From Tubiluchus corallicola (lineage: Eukaryota > Animalia > Priapulida), in the NCBI GenBank assembly GCA_030141605.1, contig JAQGDQ010000254.1, forward strand, positions 62,001-126,000: 64,000 nt of DNA, read 5' to 3'. The position numbers and the translations under genes are program-made. Each line of letters opens with the position of its first letter. Within the stretch, counting starts at the first letter, position 1. The notes beneath the pieces are model-generated. The model was given only the letters and a program-made list of their open reading frames with translations. It ran no database searches and was not told where the DNA came from. This document shows, piece after piece, positions 15,872 through 27,318 of this stretch.

Positions 15872-16041
15872 CTGAAAAGCACTTTTGTGAACAACTTGTC
15901 GTGTCAGTCCTTGAAATGAACTGGACCCGGGACTGTCCTTCCGAAAGAACGGCGCTGAGCAAAGATTACCTGCTTCAAAAGAATGTCGTCTATGACATGC
16001 TGCTGTTGTTGCAGGCCTTCTATAGACGTTTGTTAAATTTC
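15872..16041 (-). CDS. Candidate downstream exon (NLTNVYRRPATTAACHRRHSFEAG...KSAFQ)
   Basis: Phase-1 start; consensus CAG|GTAAGT donor in phase 0; GC-richer than flanks. Polypyrimidine tract is weak. Confidence 0.5.
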
Positions 16042-16365
16042 CTGCATCAGTATTTAGCATTGAGATAGATTAAGTAAATTATAACGTTAGTTTTAAGATT
16101 TAAAATGAATGCGCATGCAGAAATTTCTTGCGATCAGCCATATGGCTTTAAGGAGCTGAGGTTCACTTGTCACGACATTAGTTTTGTTATCCAAACTTTT
16201 TGATACACGTTCAAGGTGCAAGTTTTAAGTGCAAGATGCTAATAAAAGAATAATCATAGTTTGGTGGATTCACTTTGATTCGTTTGAAGGAAAAAGATCA
16301 ACTTTTGTTTCAGTAATTGTCGCTTATAATTTTCGTTGCAACTGTTATACTATCATTATTAGGGG

Positions 16366-17000
16366 TTAAGCGAGTACACTCATAGAAACCCCATATTTTT
16401 CCGCAAAATAATTAACGATTAAGGATTTAAACTTTACTGTGGTTGGTGCAGCAATCACCATGGCAGGCGGGTTATTCCATTCGCGCACAACTCTCACAGA
16501 AAATGAATATTTAATGTCAAGACGTGACCGCTCTTTAAACAGTTTTAAACTATATTCTCTAGTTTTAGAATCAACAACTAAATTAAAGAATTTTTGGGGC
16601 AAAATGTTTTCTTTTCTAGTTAATATTTTATAAACGTCAATAAGATCTCCACGTTGTCTTATTCAAGCGTGGTCAAACTGCAATATTATAATTTTTCCAA
16701 TATGTCAAATTTTTACAACCTAATATTATTCTTGTAGCACACCTTTATACACCTTCCGTAAGCAATATATCTTTCTGATAATGGGGATTCCAAAGCTGCA
16801 CACGGTATTCTAGATGAGGTCTAACCAAACCAATGTATAATTTCAATATAATTTCTTTATTTCTAGAAACGATGTGCCGCTTTATCATCCCCAAAATCTT
16901 GTTTGCTTTCTTGACAGAGGATACACATTGCTGGGAAAATTTCAAGACTGATGTTATTATCACACCAAGATCATTTTTACTATTTGTACTTTGAAATTTA
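16366..17000 (-). mobile_element. CR1-like LINE 3' fragment, degenerate
   Basis: KKANKILGMIKR...LYIGLVRPHLEY...WNPH and FSVRVVREWN motifs of the CR1 ORF2 C-terminus; frameshifted. Confidence 0.88.
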
Positions 17001-17864
17001 ATGTTGAAAGAGCGTAATATTGTGCTACAGCAATATGGATCAACAAGACAACATCGAAATTCTGTGACAATTATAGCGTATAGCGACTATTTAGCATATG
17101 TAATTGTTTACTGTAAATTTAAAATATGCATTGAACGAGGAATTGCAACTCTGCTACAAAGTTCAATTACGATTCTAGTATTTCTTTTGTAAGGTGGTGG
17201 TCTTTTGTCATTGATTGCGAGCATCGGTGATGTTCCGTCATAATCACAGACCGAGTCGTCATTGTCTTGTTGCGGAACAGACACTGGACGCCAGACGCTC
17301 AGCGTCCGCTCCCAAAATCTTTGGTTTCATAAGAGAATATAATGTTCTCTATCCTTAAAAAACATATACTCAGCGATGCTATATTTCTCGCTTCTAGACG
17401 CTTTGGTGCACATAGGCATTAGTTTGATTTCATAATATCAGTAATTGGGGGTAAATAAAGCCATTTATTTGAAACTGTACTTTACTTTTTTTAAGTTATT
17501 GTATCCAAAATTTGGCTAAGCACTTACACTTAAGGTAACTAAATTTCAAGTACTGCACGGTGAGGTAATAGCAGTCTTATTGACAAACTTCGTGATGCAG
17601 TGCACCATTTATGTACTGTACGTAATAAAATTACGTATAACAAAAATTAAGGCCCTTACTTATTAATACTTAAGTTGTTATCGCAATACAATTCTTTTGT
17701 TATTACGTATTATCAGTGTTTAAGCATAGCGTGTATTACGTTCTCAGGTATTATTCATGTGTTTAATTTTGGCCTGTAATGTGCGATTGCTGCGAATTAA
17801 TTACAATGGAATTACTACACATCTAGATTATCTCTGCGATAATAGGATCTGCATACTGCCGTCA

Positions 17865-18008
17865 CCTGAATTATGCACTTTCTGCAAAAGTACCACGTTT
17901 TCTTTAACAGGCATTTTCGGCTTCGTATTGGACGGTGGTTTTGATTTGCCTTCCAAATTTGGAGAACTTCCAGTGCCAGTGTAATTAGAACGAACCATGC
18001 TGTCTAAC
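17865..18008 (-). CDS. Candidate downstream exon (LDSMVRSNYTGTGSSPNLEGKSKPPSNTKPKMPVKENV...)
   Basis: tttcattttaag acceptor, open in phase 2 (matches the 23543 donor); phase-1 donor G|GTGAC (alternative A|GTATG 9 nt further). Confidence 0.45.
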
Positions 18009-18049
18009 CTTAAAATGAAATATCGTTTATAATAATGTTGTTTGTTAAA

Positions 18050-19140
18050 CAGGGACGCGCATTAAGTCCAATTTTATTTAATCTGTTTGTAAATGACATC
18101 ACAACGACGTTTGATAATGCACGCGACCCGCAAATATTAAAATCGCCGACGATATTGTCGTTTTATCTGCTTCTCAGAATCGCTTACAGATTGTAGCCTA
18201 AAACAGAACTGTGACGACTTGGTTGCTAAATATTAACATAGAAAAAACAAAAGTAACTATTTTTAACAATGGAGGTCACAGAATTTCCAAGTAAAGCTTT
18301 ACTGAAGCCTGTGGGCTAGGAAAGTTTAACATAACATAGTATAGGCTGGATAACAAAAGCTATAAAATTTTAACGCACTTATTTGATACATGTCGTTTAA
18401 TAAAACCAATCGCATTATATGGTTCAGTGTTGGTCCAACTTTTTTCTTTTAATAAGAGGAAAATATCGAAAAATAACGAAGTTACAATTAAAAATATATA
18501 CGATGATTTACCCATGGATTCACTCAATGTAAAGTTAAGTAAATTTATTCTTGGAGTCATAAAATTTGCCATTAAGCCTGCGGTCAGGGGAGAATTGGGT
18601 CATTTCCCTCTAAACGTGGACGTTATAATTAGGACAATAAAATACCGAACTACCCACAAGATACGCTGATATACTGTACCAAACATACGAAAAAAATAAA
18701 AACATAAGGAATGTGTTAACGAAAGAAACGGGCAAAATAATAAACTACTGTACGTACCCATACAAATTTAAGCAAGATTTGGAAGTCAAAATACATAATC
18801 ACGTACCAGAATTGAAAACTTTATTAAACTGCGTTTCAATTCTCATAACCTGTCTATAAAAGGCCGACATTGTATACCCAAGGTACGTGTTAAAAATCTA
18901 ATACGTACACATAATGAAAGAAAAATTGAGGATGAAATGCATTTTATACTTGGATTTAAAAGTACCATGATTTAAGCACAGATTTGTTCAGTGCTATTGC
19001 AAAAAATGCCTCTGGCTCTACAGTAAGTAACTATTGACCAAAAATTCATTTCGCTACTGAAAGGTAACGATTTTGAAATTTAGTGCAAATTGCTCCGTTT
19101 GCAATACATGTATGTGAAATGCAAAGCACTGGAAAATATT
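18050..19140 (+). mobile_element. Degenerate LINE ORF2 remnant
   Basis: LSPILFNLFVND, ADDIVVL, KFILGV...AVRGELG.FPL and EDEMHFIL motifs with stops and deletions. Confidence 0.8.
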
Positions 19141-19363
19141 GCTACAAAGAAATCAGTCATGGTAGCATGTTTTAGTGTACTTCACTTTTGTCCACCTATC
19201 GATGATCTGCGTCTGGCAAAATGAGAAATATACTTTTCTGTACACATTTTGTTTAGATTTTCTGTACATGCAAAGTGTCGATGCGCGAAAAACTTGTGCC
19301 GCCAGCACAAGAAACACACAGTAACAAATATATGCAATAACCAAAAAATACTACAAAATTCGA

Positions 19364-19369
19364 TTTATT
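19364..19369 (-). terminator. Candidate poly(A) signal of H1
   Basis: AATAAA ~340 nt after the stop codon, followed by a G/U-rich tract; no histone stem-loop seen after the stop. Confidence 0.55.
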
Positions 19370-19706
19370 AAAAAGAACTTAGTATACGAACTCCTAATAC
19401 AGTACATGTAATAGGCGTCATACAAATAAATAAAACAACAATATACATAGCAAAGCATGTATGAGTAATAATTAGTGCAGAAAATTATGAAATCAGCTGA
19501 ATATAACAGGAGCAGAAATTCACAAGTCAGTAATAGTATTCAAATGATCCCAATGTAGTAATAGCGATGTGTCAAGATTGTAGCTCAAATTACATTCAGC
19601 ACTAACATGACTAAACCTGTAGAAATGAGATCACACGATTAAATAAAACTCATGAAAGTTCGTATTTACACTATGTACAAATTAATCACCGGTAAAAAAA
19701 AACACG

Positions 19707-20149
19707 CTACTTCTTCGCAGATTTTTTGGCGGTTTTGGGCTTCTTAGCCGCTGGCTTTTTCGCCTTGGGCTTGGCTGCTGGCTTAGCCCTCTTTGGTTTG
19801 GCAGCCGCCTTTTTCGCCGCAGGCTTGGGTTTCTTAGCTGCAGGCTTTTTCTTGGCAACCGTTTTCTTCGGCGCAGTTTTTGGTTTTGTGGCTTTCTTCT
19901 CACCCGTTGTTGTCTTCTTTGCCTTGGGTTTCTTGGCCGCTGGTTTCTTTGCTTTGGGCTTCTTTTCTGCCTTCTTTTCACCAATACGGAAGCTACCAGA
20001 AGCTCCAGTGCCCTTTGCTTGCTTGAGTTGACCGGAAGAGACACCACGTTTCAAGGCCATCTTCAAATGAGCATTAATACTTTTGTCATCATCGCCAACT
20101 TTGTAATTCGCTTTGATGTACTTCATAATGGCAACTCTGGAGGAACCAC
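19707..20149 (-). CDS. H1: Histone H1 exon 2 ([19 protein letters not shown]...GTGASGSFR, Lys-rich tail, TAG)
   Basis: tttccag acceptor; spliced CDS is 585 nt = 194 aa with intact ERGGSS and GTGASGSF motifs. Confidence 0.97.
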
Positions 20150-20384
20150 CTGGAAACAGGTAAATGTATATTAAAAATCGCAAGTTACTGTGTCAGACTA
20201 ATGCGACATCCATACTATCAATGCACCCTTCTTAACAAAAAATTTTCTTAGCATTAACAATTAAACATGGGTTCTCAATGTAATTTGTTGGCTTCTTACA
20301 TAACGGCTGCTAACCATTTGGATGCTAAATACACACAATATAACAAAATTTTACATTATAAATGAAATGTTTTATAAAATATAC

Positions 20385-20526
20385 CTCTTTCTTTCAATGT
20401 GTTTATTGCTGCTGCAATCATTTCATTGTATTTTGGATGACTCGCAGGTGCCTTTGGTTTCTTTGGCTTGGTCGCCTTTGCCTTCTTAGGACTTGCCGTA
20501 GGAGCAGAAGCTGCTACATCTGCCAT
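20385..20526 (-). CDS. H1: Histone H1 exon 1 (MADVAASAPTASPKKAKATKPKKPKAPASHPKYNEMIAAAINTLKER)
   Basis: Lys/Ala/Pro-rich N-tail, HPKY start of the winged-helix domain; G|GTATAT donor in phase 1. Confidence 0.95.
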
Positions 20527-20651
20527 CTTGAACTTCGATTCAATTAATCAAATTAACCAAAAAAGTCTTATAAATTTATTCTGCCACGACGATACGCACA
20601 CTAACTTTTTAACGCTAGTCAAACTGCGAAACGCAGCAGCAGCTGCCTCCG

Positions 20652-20745
20652 TTTATATAAACCAAGCGCAGCCGTGAACGTACACACACAACAAGCGAAG
20701 CGCTGCTGCGAAGTTAAGTGTCGATATTCGACAAATTGTGTGTTT
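20652..20745 (-). promoter_or_regulatory. H1 promoter: TATA box and H1 (AC) box
   Basis: TATATAAA at 20652-20659 and AAACACA at 20739-20745 on the minus strand; locally CpG-rich. Confidence 0.7.
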
Positions 20746-21371
20746 GTTGCTTGCAAAAATCACCAATTTCTCCTTACTAAACTAAAAGTTTAAGTTTAAA
20801 ACTTAAGTCCGCCGCATCGTACACGTTTTGTTCTTTCCCTTTATATAAAAAACGTCACCATTTATGCATATTCTAATTTACTAGTAACAAGAATACATCA
20901 TTCTCGTTCGCTTATTTTTAGGAACTTCACACTAATTGCTTAATTTTTTAATTAAAACAGCAGTAATTTCCAATCAGGATGTGTATATAAAAATTACGTA
21001 CATTGCTCAAATGGGAAATGCATTACAATACGATTGGGCGTTTCGCTGGTACAAGTAAGAATTAATTTTTCTCGAGTAAGAAACACACGTTGGCAACTAA
21101 AAGTAGCAAGCGCCATATTGATTCTCAATGTGCGCTGTTTGTTAGAAAAATTGGCCTTGTACCAATTTTATTGTTATTAGCTGCAGTTATATAACTTACA
21201 TTGCTACATATTTTTATTTTAGACAGTGTATTACTCAAATAACTGTAAAAAACGAGTTAATTTCCTTTAACTTGCCAATAACAAAGCTGTAAACTTTAAA
21301 AACTGCTGGCGCAACCACAACGAGATTGTTATAAGAATTCGCAGTTTTAAGGGTAGTAACTAGAATTAAGC

Positions 21372-22745
21372 GCGGTGGCACAGGAAAAAGGCACAATGGG
21401 AAAGTGAGTAAAAATGGCATAGGAAAAAATGGCACAGTAGAAATGGTACAGGAAAAATGGCACAGGAAAAATGACACAGGTAAAAATGACACAGCAAAAA
21501 TGGCACAGGTGGAAAAGTAGGAAAAAATAGCACATATGTTATTTTGATGCAATTGATTTCTAAAATAAGTCTGGAATGCGCGTAATAGTAAGCAGTTCTC
21601 TGCAAAGGCGAACAATCCTAAACTTATTCATTTGCTTCTTTTGATTCAATGCACGAATGTTCCACATAGTGTTTATGTACCTTTTCACCATTAATTTTGG
21701 CGGTGGTAATAGACAGACATGTGCCAAGTCACCTTTAAACTATACGCATTAATAAGCAAAGATTACAGACAGCTTACACAGTTTTACAAGCGAGGTTTTC
21801 TCCAAATGGAACCTGGTACTAACTCGTTGTTTTGTGTCATGGTGGAGATAACAAAAAAAGAAGTACTAAGCACTCCCTCTGAGACCTCCACGAAGTGCTT
21901 CGCGAACGTTTTTGTAAGTGGTGTTCTATCAAGTTTTGCGAAAAAAGAACGGGCGAAAAGATTCCCATTTTGGCACTCTATACCGGTGATTCCCACGTTT
22001 CTCCACAAAATTTCTTGAAAATCTGTTAGATAGTTTTTGCGTAATAGGCTTAATGCCATAACAGACAAAAAACGACCATTTTCACCTACTTTTCCATTCG
22101 TACCATTTTTACCTGTGTCATTTTTGCCTACATTCGGTCTGTAAGCCTATGAATGAAAGTAAAAATGGGACAGGAAAAAAAGGCACGGAAAAATGTAAAA
22201 AATCATCAAAAATTGCGTAAATCGGAAAGTTGGAAATATGGCATGTGTTATTCTGATGCAAGTAATGTCTATAATGAAGCTAGAATACGCTTAATAAGAA
22301 CACCTCCACCAAGGGGGAAAAATGCTTAAACATGTTCGTCTGAGACGGTCTGGTTCTTTTAAGAAAGGCTTTGGCAGCGTTACACAGTTTTCCAAGTGAA
22401 CATTTCTCAAAATAGATACTAGCATTAACTCGTTGTTGTTTGTCTTGTTAGAATTAATAAAAAAGAAGTATTCTGTCTTGTAGCCAAGTCGTCTTTCCAA
22501 AGAGCTATAACGCTTCCTCTGATACATCCACGAATTGCTTTACGAATGATCTTTGTATGTGGCGTTCGATCAAGTTTTGTGAAAAAAAACAATCCATTTT
22601 GGCAGTTTTCACCCTTTACCCTGTCAAGGAGTCTGCATCCTTGTAGTTCCCTACCCACCTTCTCCACTAAGTGTCGCGGTGATGTGTTACCTAGTTTTTG
22701 CACATTAGGCTTACTGCTCCATATAACAGACAAAAACAACCAAAT
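21372..22745. mobile_element. Two tandem diverged copies of a TIR/foldback (MULE-like) element with AAAAATGGCACAG subterminal repeats
   Basis: Repeat array at 21377-21520, its inverse at 22100-22130; 21510-21590 resembles 22225-22290, and 21770-22070 resembles 22375-22740. Confidence 0.55.
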
Positions 22746-22899
22746 AAACAAAAGGGTTGAAGCATAACTTCCTTGGCAAAGATAAAAATAACAAAAATAA
22801 TTATTCTTTACGGTAACCCTATCTCTCAGCTCGTATTTTATGTGTTTTGTATTTGGACGTTTGCTGTAACATATACTGCAGACATATATTCCATACAAG

Positions 22900-23070
22900 G
22901 TATACATTTAATGTCTTTCGTGACTGTTAAGACTTAGTCATTTCCTAATTTCTGTTTTACATTTCGACAATGTGGTTGTATGGTGTATATTAAGAAGTAA
23001 AGTATTCCATAAATTAATCGAAGAAAGAAAAAATAAATTTTTGAAAGATAATGTTCGAAATTCAAAGTTT
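22900..23070 (-). mobile_element. Short LINE 3' end remnant
   Basis: Translates to RTLSFKNLFFLSSINLWNTL, resembling the CR1/L2 terminal FKNSFF...LWNSL motif. Confidence 0.55.
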
Positions 23071-23542
23071 TTAAAGCTCATTCATTCGTTTCGTTCGTTC
23101 GTCCATTTATTCATTCATTCATTCAGTTATCAATACATTCTTCACTTTCTATGTTTATTTATTTATTTTAATTTAATTTCATTAAATTCTGAAATCATTG
23201 CTGAATCTTACTGTATTAATTAATTACATACCGCTTATTTTTCGTTATTGTTTTCTGCTAGGTACGACATTGAATAACTAAAAAAGTAAAACAGCCAGAT
23301 GCAAGTAAATTTGCAAATTTACACGTCATGTAGGGACTTGTTCAAGAATTGTGAAGTATTGAACCTTGGGTCACCTTGGGTCACCTTGGGTCAAAAAATT
23401 CCTAATTAAAAGCGATTTTTTAATACTACATAATTATAAAGGCTACAGTAACTGGTAGTTCAGTGTGAAGTTCCAAACTTCGCACGGCAAGAATTCCACT
23501 CGCTACTCGCTATATTGAGTATCCTCAATTGAAATTTCTCAC

Positions 23543-23674
23543 CTGAAATTATTTGCCTGGTTTCCTTGACCTAGACTAAGACTTAGGGTAGGCGATTTGT
23601 GGTGTAAGCATTGTGATGCTGACGAACTTCGAGCCACTGTTGATGAATTCCACGCTTTTCTTGCAAGCAGAGGA
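23543..23674 (-). CDS. Candidate kinase C-terminal exon (PLLARKAWNSSTVARSSS...NQANNFR)
   Basis: ttttcag acceptor, open in phase 2; AG|GTGAGA donor. Read unspliced it would stop at TGA 23539-23541. Confidence 0.55.
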
Positions 23675-24292
23675 CTGAAAACATAAACATCAAAATAACG
23701 TGTTTATTAATTAAATAATTCCTAACAAAAGAATCAATTGTGTAAACTTTTACATTGGGGCAATGACGGACCACAATTCTGACAAAAAGAAGAACAAGAA
23801 GAAGAAGAAGACAAAAATGGTTCCCATGCCCTGGCCGAATGCAGGGATACAATGGTTATTCCATCTATTTGTAAAGTCTCGGCATATAATTGACAGATTA
23901 TATGCTAAGGCTCAGGAAGACAGCTGGCGAGTTCGTTACTCGGCTACCTTTTTTACAGTATTTGACCAGCTGAGTAGCCTGAACTGAGGCTGAATAGATA
24001 CAGGAGGGCGGCAGAACAAAACTCGGGGACTATTCTGCGATTAATGTACGTGACATTATACGAACAAATGATGATGATGATGATGACGACGACAATGATG
24101 ATGATGATGATAATGATGAGAATGCTGTAAATTGCTTTAAAATGACACTCAAACCCAGAACTTCTGGATGGGCAGCCAAGAACATTTTTCTTAACTTAGA
24201 AGTTAATAAAAAGAACGAGGAAAACCAAGGAAACTGATAGAATAAGAAAAAGAAAGCAATACAGTGTGACGAGGAGTGCAATGAGAACTTAC

Positions 24293-24452
24293 CGAGGAGG
24301 ACTTCGCGACAAACGGGGTTCCTCCTTTCTCCTGCAGTAAGCTGACCTTGGACGAACGGGTTCTGATTCTGTTTGCTGTCTCTGTCGCTGCTGTTGTGGT
24401 AGATGCTGCTGGTTTTGTTGTTGTTGTTGCTGCTCCTGCTGCTGTGATTGGT

Positions 24453-24516
<64 letters not shown>

Positions 24517-24605
24517 GTGTTCTTTGTGTTGTTGTTGGATTTGACAGTGCTGTATTTGTCGGTTACAAAATTGGCGATGGTGATAATGACGGTGGTGATG
24601 AACGT

Positions 24606-24639
<34 letters not shown>

Positions 24640-25020
24640 ACGTTGTTGCTGACGTGCCTTCGGTGGCCCTAAACTATCCAGAACACTTTCTTTAGATATG
24701 TTTGCGTTGGTCCCAATTTCATTGAGTAAACCGGAGTTCTCTTTCTTGGGGCTGGTGGATCCACTAGACCCATTAAACAACGCCTGCTCAAACTCCGCCG
24801 AGTATTTCTGCCGAATTTTTTCATCGTCGGGCAAGTTTTGCTGACCCAGAAACTCGGCTGAAGTCGGAAGCGTGTCATTCTCGGTGGACACAGTGTGCTT
24901 GCTCAAGTCTTGTACGATATTTTGAAATTTTACTGTTGTTGGAATGTAAACCGAGTCCAGCTGTATTTCGACGTTTTGCTCAATATCTGTGACTGGCAAT
25001 AATTCTTCACCTCGGTTGTT
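24293..25020 (-). CDS. Large kinase C-terminal exon with polyQ/His tract
   Basis: Strong ctttttttag acceptor in phase 0; 728-nt open frame with non-repetitive flanks; CG|GTAAGT donor in phase 2. Confidence 0.75.
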
Positions 25021-25328
25021 CTAAAAAAAGAAGATATATTAATTCAATAAATTGGCAAATACAACAAGAAAAGTTCGAAACTTAAACAGTTTGTTGGAGC
25101 GAGTTTTTTCAACACTAATACTATAGCAAAACAAGTTGAAATATTGTCCAAATTATTGTGCAAATTACTACTGTATTACAATCTGTAATAGTATTTCAAG
25201 AGGTTGTTTTATTACAAAATTAAACTTGCGCCTTTTTCCCTTAGTAAGCTTACAATAAACGTTAACAAAATAATATTAAATGAATATGAGTGCAAGCGAA
25301 TTAAAACTAGTTATTTTTTACAACAAAC

Positions 25329-25507
25329 CTTTGCAGACAGCCGCACTAATGGTGAAGTTCTAAGCCTCCGTTTTGTTGCAGTGTTACTATTATGGTACAT
25401 GTGAGAATTTGTATAAAGGAGGCCAGGTTTTTTCGAAAATTCAGGCAAACCATGTGAGAGTGGTTTATGCTGTGTTGACAATTCATGCTTTGGTGATCCG
25501 TGTTCGC
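25329..25507 (-). CDS. Candidate kinase C-terminal exon (EHGSPKHELS...RTSPLVRLSAK)
   Basis: tttgcag acceptor in phase 1; AAG|GTTTGT donor in phase 0 matches the next exon. Confidence 0.5.
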
Positions 25508-26128
25508 CTGCAAATTTATTTCTTATCAGTTTGTTTAAAACTCTTATAAAACCTCTGCTTGTAGTATAACAGTGTGCTTTCGACAAAGATGAAAAAGAAC
25601 ACATTACTTCAATGTAATGACAAGATTGTCCACAAAAAAACGTCTTCCCAGACTAACTTGTAGTCCTTCATCCTTGCAAAGCCTTTTGTAAAAGAGACCC
25701 ACATCATGGTGCGGCGCGGTTTCCCCTTTTTTCAAAGACTTAAAAATTTCTCTCCAAAGTTTGCACCAAGCGGACCTAGCAAGTTTTTCAACACGGTGAT
25801 TCTACAGAGGCGTCGAGAGAAAACCTAGAAAATTACTGTTTGTTTGTTCGTTCATTTCATTGCTGAAAAACTGAATAGAGAAAACGTCTTAGTGGCGCTT
25901 GGTCGGGTCATGAGGATTTGGAGGTGAAATTTATAGTTCTTTGGAACGAGGAGAAACTGTGCTTCGCGATAATGTGGTCTCTTTTGTAAACTCCTCTACC
26001 AGGATGAAGGATTATGATCTGATTTGTAAGCAATGTTCTTTTCTGGATGACCTGCAGAACAAGGTTGTCAAAGCTATATTGCCCCACCCAGCCCCCAACG
26101 TTCCAGCCCCTCTTGTCTATGCATATAC

Positions 26129-26231
26129 ATTGCCTTGTCCTGTTCACAAGGAATGAATTAGCCACTGGAATTGGAGGATTAACCAACAATGGTTTGATTT
26201 GTTTGTTGGTATGTGGCTGACACAGGAGCCA
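26129..26231 (-). CDS. Candidate kinase C-terminal exon (WLLCQPHTNKQIKPLLVNPPIP...)
   Basis: tcttttcag acceptor, open only in phase 0; donor ambiguous (26129 or near 25999). Confidence 0.4.
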
Positions 26232-26400
26232 CTGAAAAGAAATGGGCCAGAATAGAACAGAATCAATAGATATATATACTTTGTAGTATCTCTTATCTTA
26301 TAGCATATTGCAGTCGTAAATGTACAAAACGTGACTATTTAGCGGTTTCAAAAAAGGCACATTTAAAACCGATTTATTGTCTTATCCCCCGCGCGCTCTC

Positions 26401-26578
<178 letters not shown>

Positions 26579-26636
26579 AGTGAGTCAAGTCAGTCAGTCA
26601 GCTGCCTAACTCAACCATGACAATTAGTTAATTAAC

Positions 26637-26855
26637 AAGTGGCGTACTTTTGAGTGGCGTCTCTGAATCTAAAAGCGCATGGCTAGGTGATAAACACATT
26701 CTGTAACTGTTCGTTTTGAGCACTTCTTGATGCCGTCGATCTTCGTCCCACAGCAGATTGAACATGGCGGAGTATTCATCACAACGATACTCACTTACTC
26801 CTACATCAAGTGTTTTGTAATCCTGACGAAGCAAGTCTGCAAGCTTATTTATTAT
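26637..26855 (-). CDS. HUNK-like kinase exon 8, UBA-like region (IINKLADLL...YSAMFNLL...)
   Basis: ttgcag acceptor in phase 0; SAMFNLL resembles the A-x-Y-x-L-L helix of ARK-family UBA domains. 3' boundary uncertain. Confidence 0.72.
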
Positions 26856-27044
26856 CTGCAAATTAACACAGAAGTTTTAAGTTTAATCTTGGGTTTGTAC
26901 GGCTAGACTCTTTCAAAGGCAAATCATTATTATTTAACAGTTAGTTTGATATCACATTTATTTAACAAATTTAAGACTGGCTTCTATTTGCTGTGGCTCT
27001 TTTCCTCTGCTGCCTCGTTTTCCTATTGCTTGCTGTAGTGTTGC

Positions 27045-27260
27045 TACACCATCACCATTACCACCACTTCAACAACATCAACAACAACAACTACTACTAC
27101 TATTACTGCTGCTGTTGCTGCCGCTACGGCCAAAACCACCACCACTACCACCGTCGCTACCGCCGCCACCGCCACTACCACAACGACTATTACTACTACT
27201 ATTAGTTATTACTGCTACTGTAATGTTGCTGTTGCTGCTGGTGGTGGTGATGGTGTTGAT
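27045..27260. repeat. Mixed trinucleotide low-complexity tract
   Basis: CAC/AAC/TAC/TGC runs. Confidence 0.85.
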
Positions 27261-27318
27261 ATTCCAGCTTAGTAGATTTACATAGTAGATTTACATAGAA
27301 CTACATACTTCGCTGTAC

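Noticed and set aside
19682-20047. Overlapping ORFs 19682-20047 (-) and 19726-20031 (+)
   Set aside because: Shadow frames of the Lys/Ala/Pro-biased H1 tail.
20150-20183. ORF-track start [11 protein letters not shown] for H1
   Set aside because: Intronic; the real start is ATG 20526 via the 235-nt intron.
21377-21520. CRISPR-like repeat array
   Set aside because: Units are contiguous with no unique spacers, and the context is eukaryotic; these are transposon subterminal repeats.
25657-25801. Additional kinase exon (NHRVEKLARSAW...), and a similar candidate at 23948-24029
   Set aside because: Phases could not be reconciled unambiguously with neighbouring exons.
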